DNA from: a virus
DNA length: 64,000 nt
Direction: 5' to 3' (one strand)
IMG/VR virus record: IMGVR_UViG_3300045988_142756
Shown here: in pieces, positions 60,428-64,000 of the stretch
How the letters are laid out: each line of letters starts with the position of its first letter
Numbering within the stretch: the first letter of the stretch is position 1
Notes under the pieces: generated by a model
What the model was told of the DNA's origin: nothing
Seen by the model: the letters and a program-made list of their open reading frames with translations, nothing else
Databases searched by the model: none
Made by a program: the position numbers and the translations under genes

Positions 60428-61481
60428 TTTTTTACAAGAATATGTTTTTTCTTTAATACCAAAAGTTGATAGTTCGGCATTAAAGGGTGCATCTAAACAG
60501 ATTGCAACTAAGATTTCTGAATCAATGCAATCTTCTGCACAATCTTTTTATAATGAACTAAACAAAGAAGAAAACGTTAAGGGACTAAAAAGTCAAATTG
60601 AGTTAATTGAAAGATACAAGGAACAAGGTGGTCAATTAACTCTTGAAGAGTATAAAAAATATGAGTCGTTAAAGAAACAGGTAAGTACTATGGATATGAC
60701 TCCAGGGGTACCTACTAAAACTGGTAAATTTGCTGTTATTGGTGTTAAACTAATAGAAAAAATAGCAGGTGCAATAACGGCTATAAACGCCTCTATAGAA
60801 GTTACACAAGCAGTAGAAGAGGTCGCAAAAAAGGTAGTAACACAAGTAACAAAGATAAGCAATCAATTTGTATCTTCTCAGTCAATGTTTGTAGACAAAG
60901 ATACCAGAAACATAATGGCTACCTTTGGTGTTAATTCCACAGGAGCACAAGGAATACAAGCAGCGTTAAGTGGTTCTGGTATGGACGTAAGTGATTTAGG
61001 TATCGCTACTGCTGGACAAAGAAAACTATTTAGCAGATTATATGGTGCCTATATTGAAGGGATAAATAAAATTGACCCAGAAAAATTAGAAGCGTTTAAC
61101 GAAAATGTACAAGAATATCAAGCATTAAGGGCAGAATTCAATATAAAGGTACAAACTGCAATAATGAAAGTATTAGCAGAAAGTGACGCATTGCCACGAT
61201 TATTAGATACATTATCAACAGGACTTGAATTAGTAGTAGAGATTATGAGTTCACCAAGTGTATCATTTGCATTCGATACTGTTATTAACTTCTTAAATGC
61301 TATTTTAGAAATTAGTAATGCTTTTAAGTCAGCAGGTGCTTGGTTATTAGGTGTTAAAGGAACAAATATAGCAAATACTTGGAATAATTCGTCAACAACT
61401 AACTATAATTATGGTAATACTTATAATGGCGGATTTGGTACAGCACTAAGTTTACAGTCAAGTCAAATAAATTTATTATAA
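60417..61481 (+). CDS. tape-measure-like protein (short, 354 aa)
   Basis: Its position after the chaperone pair. Helical with Ala/Gly-rich segments. ATG at 60417 follows a GAAGG RBS. Confidence 0.45.
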   Translation: MANSFLQEYVFSLIPKVDSSALKGASKQIATKISESMQSSAQSFYNELNKEENVKGLKSQIELIERYKEQGGQLTLEEYKKYESLKKQVSTMDMTPGVPTKTGKFAVIGVKLIEKIAGAITAINASIEVTQAVEEVAKKVVTQVTKISNQFVSSQSMFVDKDTRNIMATFGVNSTGAQGIQAALSGSGMDVSDLGIATAGQRKLFSRLYGAYIEGINKIDPEKLEAFNENVQEYQALRAEFNIKVQTAIMKVLAESDALPRLLDTLSTGLELVVEIMSSPSVSFAFDTVINFLNAILEISNAFKSAGAWLLGVKGTNIANTWNNSSTTNYNYGNTYNGGFGTALSLQSSQINLL

Positions 61482-61490
61482 AGGTTTTAT

Positions 61491-62174
61491 ATGGCATTAG
61501 TATCTATATTTGAATCCGATAAAGAAAACGGAAAAACATATTATTTTAGAACTGCAAGTAATGTATCACCTACTATGCGTACTTCTCTTACATCTTACCC
61601 GACAACGGAAGGTACACCTATAGCTGACCACGCATATAGAAATCCTGCACAAATATCTATGGTTATATCAGCGAGTTTATATGGCAGTGCTAATAATATT
61701 TTCTATTATAATTCAAAAGGACAAGAAGTTGCATTAACTTCTCCTCAGGTTAAATTACTAATAAAAGAATGGAAGGATAATTCTTATAGGTTGACCATAA
61801 ATACCCGTGAGAGTGATAAATTTGTAAAGTTCAATAATATGGTTATTACCAACTTAACTTGGTCAGAAGACGGTGTAACATTAGGTGTATGGGAACCTAC
61901 AATATCTTTTGAAGAAATTCGTATAGCATCAGTATTAGTTAAACAAATAAAGTTTCCTGCAACTAAGGCAGTTAAAGCAAATAATAATAGTCAATCGAAC
62001 GCAGGCAATGACCAAGGAACCGCTGTTGCTACTGACTTTTTTGGAACAATAGGCGGTTACGCTGTAAAAGGTACTTTTATAGGCGGTATAACAGGCCATC
62101 CTATAATTGGTGCTTGTTTAGGAGCAGCAGTAGGTTTTGGAAGATGGTTAGGTAGAAAAATAGCAGGCAGATAA
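61491..62174 (+). CDS. tail/baseplate protein with Gly-zipper hydrophobic C-terminus
   Basis: The C-terminus is FFGTIGGYAVKGTFIGGITGHPIIGACLGAAVGFGRWLG. Confidence 0.45.
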   Translation: MALVSIFESDKENGKTYYFRTASNVSPTMRTSLTSYPTTEGTPIADHAYRNPAQISMVISASLYGSANNIFYYNSKGQEVALTSPQVKLLIKEWKDNSYRLTINTRESDKFVKFNNMVITNLTWSEDGVTLGVWEPTISFEEIRIASVLVKQIKFPATKAVKANNNSQSNAGNDQGTAVATDFFGTIGGYAVKGTFIGGITGHPIIGACLGAAVGFGRWLGRKIAGR

Positions 62175-62176
62175 TT

Positions 62177-62572
62177 ATGGAAGAACAAGCAACTCAAACT
62201 TTATATTATTTAGCATTTAGAGATAATGTACCTTATTCGTTTACTCATATTATTAAAGGTACTACATTTAAGATTTACCTTAAATACGATAATTTAGCGG
62301 ATAGATATTATATTGATATTTATAGACTTGAAAATAACAAATACGTACCTAAAGTATATGGACTTTACCTTACAACTGGTGCGAATATAGTTAGTCAGTA
62401 TCAATATCTTGACTTAGGTCAATTATATATAGTGCCTAAAACAGATGAATATTATGGGTTTTTAGAAACTGGAAAAATAAATGTTGAAGGTTCAATAGAA
62501 ACTACTTACGGCTCTTATCCTACCGCTGACACTATTGTCAACGGTTTTATGATGTTGTGGCAACACGAATAG
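62177..62572 (+). CDS. hypothetical tail/baseplate protein
   Basis: Intact ORF in the tail operon. Confidence 0.5.
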   Translation: MEEQATQTLYYLAFRDNVPYSFTHIIKGTTFKIYLKYDNLADRYYIDIYRLENNKYVPKVYGLYLTTGANIVSQYQYLDLGQLYIVPKTDEYYGFLETGKINVEGSIETTYGSYPTADTIVNGFMMLWQHE

Positions 62573-62575
62573 AAA

Positions 62576-63544
62576 ATGTTTGGAAGATTATTTGACATCA
62601 CAGTTGTTAGTCCTATTGGTGAATCTACTTTACTTGTAGACCATACCAAAGGTGTTGATAACTTTATAGTTAAAGGTACTATAAGTAGATTTCCTTATAC
62701 AGAAGTAGATACATTAGAGATAAATATATATAATTTAGCACCGCGATTATTAGGTCAGTTATATGCAAATCATTATTTTGATGGCGGGTTAATATATATT
62801 GATTTCGGGTATAAGGATACAGGTCCCTTACAAAGAATATTTGCGGGTAATATACAAAGAGCAATATTATCAAGACCTGATGCTGTAACAAATTGTGTAA
62901 CTATCTATGCTTTTGACTGTGGTGATTTTGTTAATTATGGATTCTTTGGCAAAACGTATGAAGATGGTTATAATATGTACGCGATAGCCCAAGATATATT
63001 GAAAGAAAATAATGTAACTAATTATCAGTTATCTGAAAAACTTAAAAATTTCAAATCTTATGGTACACAAACATATTCAGGGTCTGCGGATAAATATCTT
63101 AGTAATATCGCCGAACAGTGTGGAATGTATTATAAGAAAGAAAATATGCTGCTTAAAATGATTACTCCCGAAGAAGGTAGTCTTGAAGATGTAGTATATT
63201 TCACAACAAAAACTGACGGCAAAGTAACGTCAATGTCAGGTCTTATAGGTATTCCAAGATTAACTAATGACGGATTACATTTTAATTGTTTAATAAATCC
63301 TAAATTATCTATTTATGGTGTTTGTTATATTGATAACAGTATTATTTCAATAAGTCAAACGGAAGCAATACCAAGTAGTGTACAAATAGGTGCAACACTT
63401 GCAACAAACGGTATGTATAGAATAGTTAAGATGACTACGACTTTTTCTAATAACGACGAAGAAAATTCAATGGCTATAAAAGCGTTAGCAAAAGATTTCT
63501 ATGACCAATATACCGTAGACCAAGCAGCAACGAGGCGAAATTAA
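62576..63544 (+). CDS. baseplate hub-like protein
   Basis: 322 aa. Lies immediately upstream of a Gp138-N/gpV-like spike gene. Confidence 0.4.
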   Translation: MFGRLFDITVVSPIGESTLLVDHTKGVDNFIVKGTISRFPYTEVDTLEINIYNLAPRLLGQLYANHYFDGGLIYIDFGYKDTGPLQRIFAGNIQRAILSRPDAVTNCVTIYAFDCGDFVNYGFFGKTYEDGYNMYAIAQDILKENNVTNYQLSEKLKNFKSYGTQTYSGSADKYLSNIAEQCGMYYKKENMLLKMITPEEGSLEDVVYFTTKTDGKVTSMSGLIGIPRLTNDGLHFNCLINPKLSIYGVCYIDNSIISISQTEAIPSSVQIGATLATNGMYRIVKMTTTFSNNDEENSMAIKALAKDFYDQYTVDQAATRRN

Positions 63545-64000
63545 ATGATAAATAAAACAAGTATTGAAGAAAGCCCTATTGGAAATTTAGCACAAGTACA
63601 AAATAATGTTATGACAAATATGCGTTGTCATACTTTTGCCAAAGTTACAGCAGTATATGTAGATGGTAAGAATGAGCAACAAACAGATGAATATGGTAAT
63701 ACTTATACTATAAAAAGGGCTAAAAATACAATAGATGTTGAACCTATTGTACAAGAATCTCGACAAAAATATAATATAAATAATAAAAAAGTAGAAGAAA
63801 CTTATTATAATATTTCAAAAATATGTAATATACCTTATATTACAAGTTGGAAACCAAAAGTCGGGGATTATTGTGTACTATTACATTTAGATAGGTCAAT
63901 TAAAAGTTTAGTCTTAGGCAATACAAACGATAATCAACTTAAAAGTAATGGAAATTTACACGATTTGAATGATTGTGTAGCAATAGGACCATTTGGTCCT
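63545..64000 (+). CDS. baseplate central spike protein (Gp138 N-domain / gpV-like), 3'-truncated by window edge
   Basis: ATG at 63545, open to the end of the window. The pattern HTFAKVTAVY...IPYITSWKPKVGDYCVLLHLDRS...HDLNDCVAIGPF matches the spike N-domain layout. Confidence 0.55.
   Translation, partial: MINKTSIEESPIGNLAQVQNNVMTNMRCHTFAKVTAVYVDGKNEQQTDEYGNTYTIKRAKNTIDVEPIVQESRQKYNINNKKVEETYYNISKICNIPYITSWKPKVGDYCVLLHLDRSIKSLVLGNTNDNQLKSNGNLHDLNDCVAIGPFGP

Noticed and set aside
726-62891. All minus-strand ORFs in the six-frame track (for example 18510-19034, 30564-31109, 37148-37615, 39168-39608, 59747-60193, 60235-60492)
   Set aside because: Each lies antisense to a + strand gene with recognisable motifs or an RBS. 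Their products are low-complexity and Phe/Ile/Leu/Ser-rich, as expected from reverse frames of AT-rich coding DNA. None has a convincing RBS or operon context.

Overview
The window is a 64-kb stretch of a large, very AT-rich tailed phage, myovirus-like and probably infecting a low-GC Firmicute. Every credible gene is on the + strand. There is no rRNA, CRISPR array, transposase or integrase. Modules in order: (1) 1-23.8 kb, a self-sufficient replication and recombination module: replisome organizer with internal iterons, DnaC-like loader, DnaB, primase, gp32-like SSB, Pol I, sliding clamp, three clamp-loader subunits, RecA-like recombinase, nucleases and two sigma factors. (2) 24.2-41 kb, two clusters of small early accessory genes with higher GC, each headed by the same ~88-bp promoter-leader cassette. 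Between them lie a palindrome-operator region and a four-tRNA operon (Leu-UAA, Pro-UGG, Met/Ile-CAU, Thr-UGU) with long structured non-coding RNA. (3) 42.4-58 kb, packaging and head genes. (4) 58-64 kb, tail chaperone with a -1 frameshift, tape measure and baseplate genes. Best candidates for undescribed biology: (a) a tightly coupled four-gene cassette between polA and the clamp gene: DpdA-like DNA transglycosylase, YhhQ-type 7-deazaguanine precursor transporter, short-chain dehydrogenase, and a SemiSWEET/PnuC-like 3-TM protein. No preQ0 biosynthesis genes are visible, and a possible Shine-Dalgarno-sequestering pseudoknot lies upstream of yhhQ. This suggests salvage-fed DNA hypermodification with an unknown tailoring step. 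(b) A ~30-aa N-terminal module occurs 8 times in 7 ORFs within or just upstream of the packaging/head module. It is fused to ParB-like, MazG-like and large unknown domains. The large members also carry a reiterated D-S-x-I-K-D motif, which could mark a capsid cargo or internal-protein system with protease processing sites. All functional calls rest on motif recognition by eye; no database search was run.
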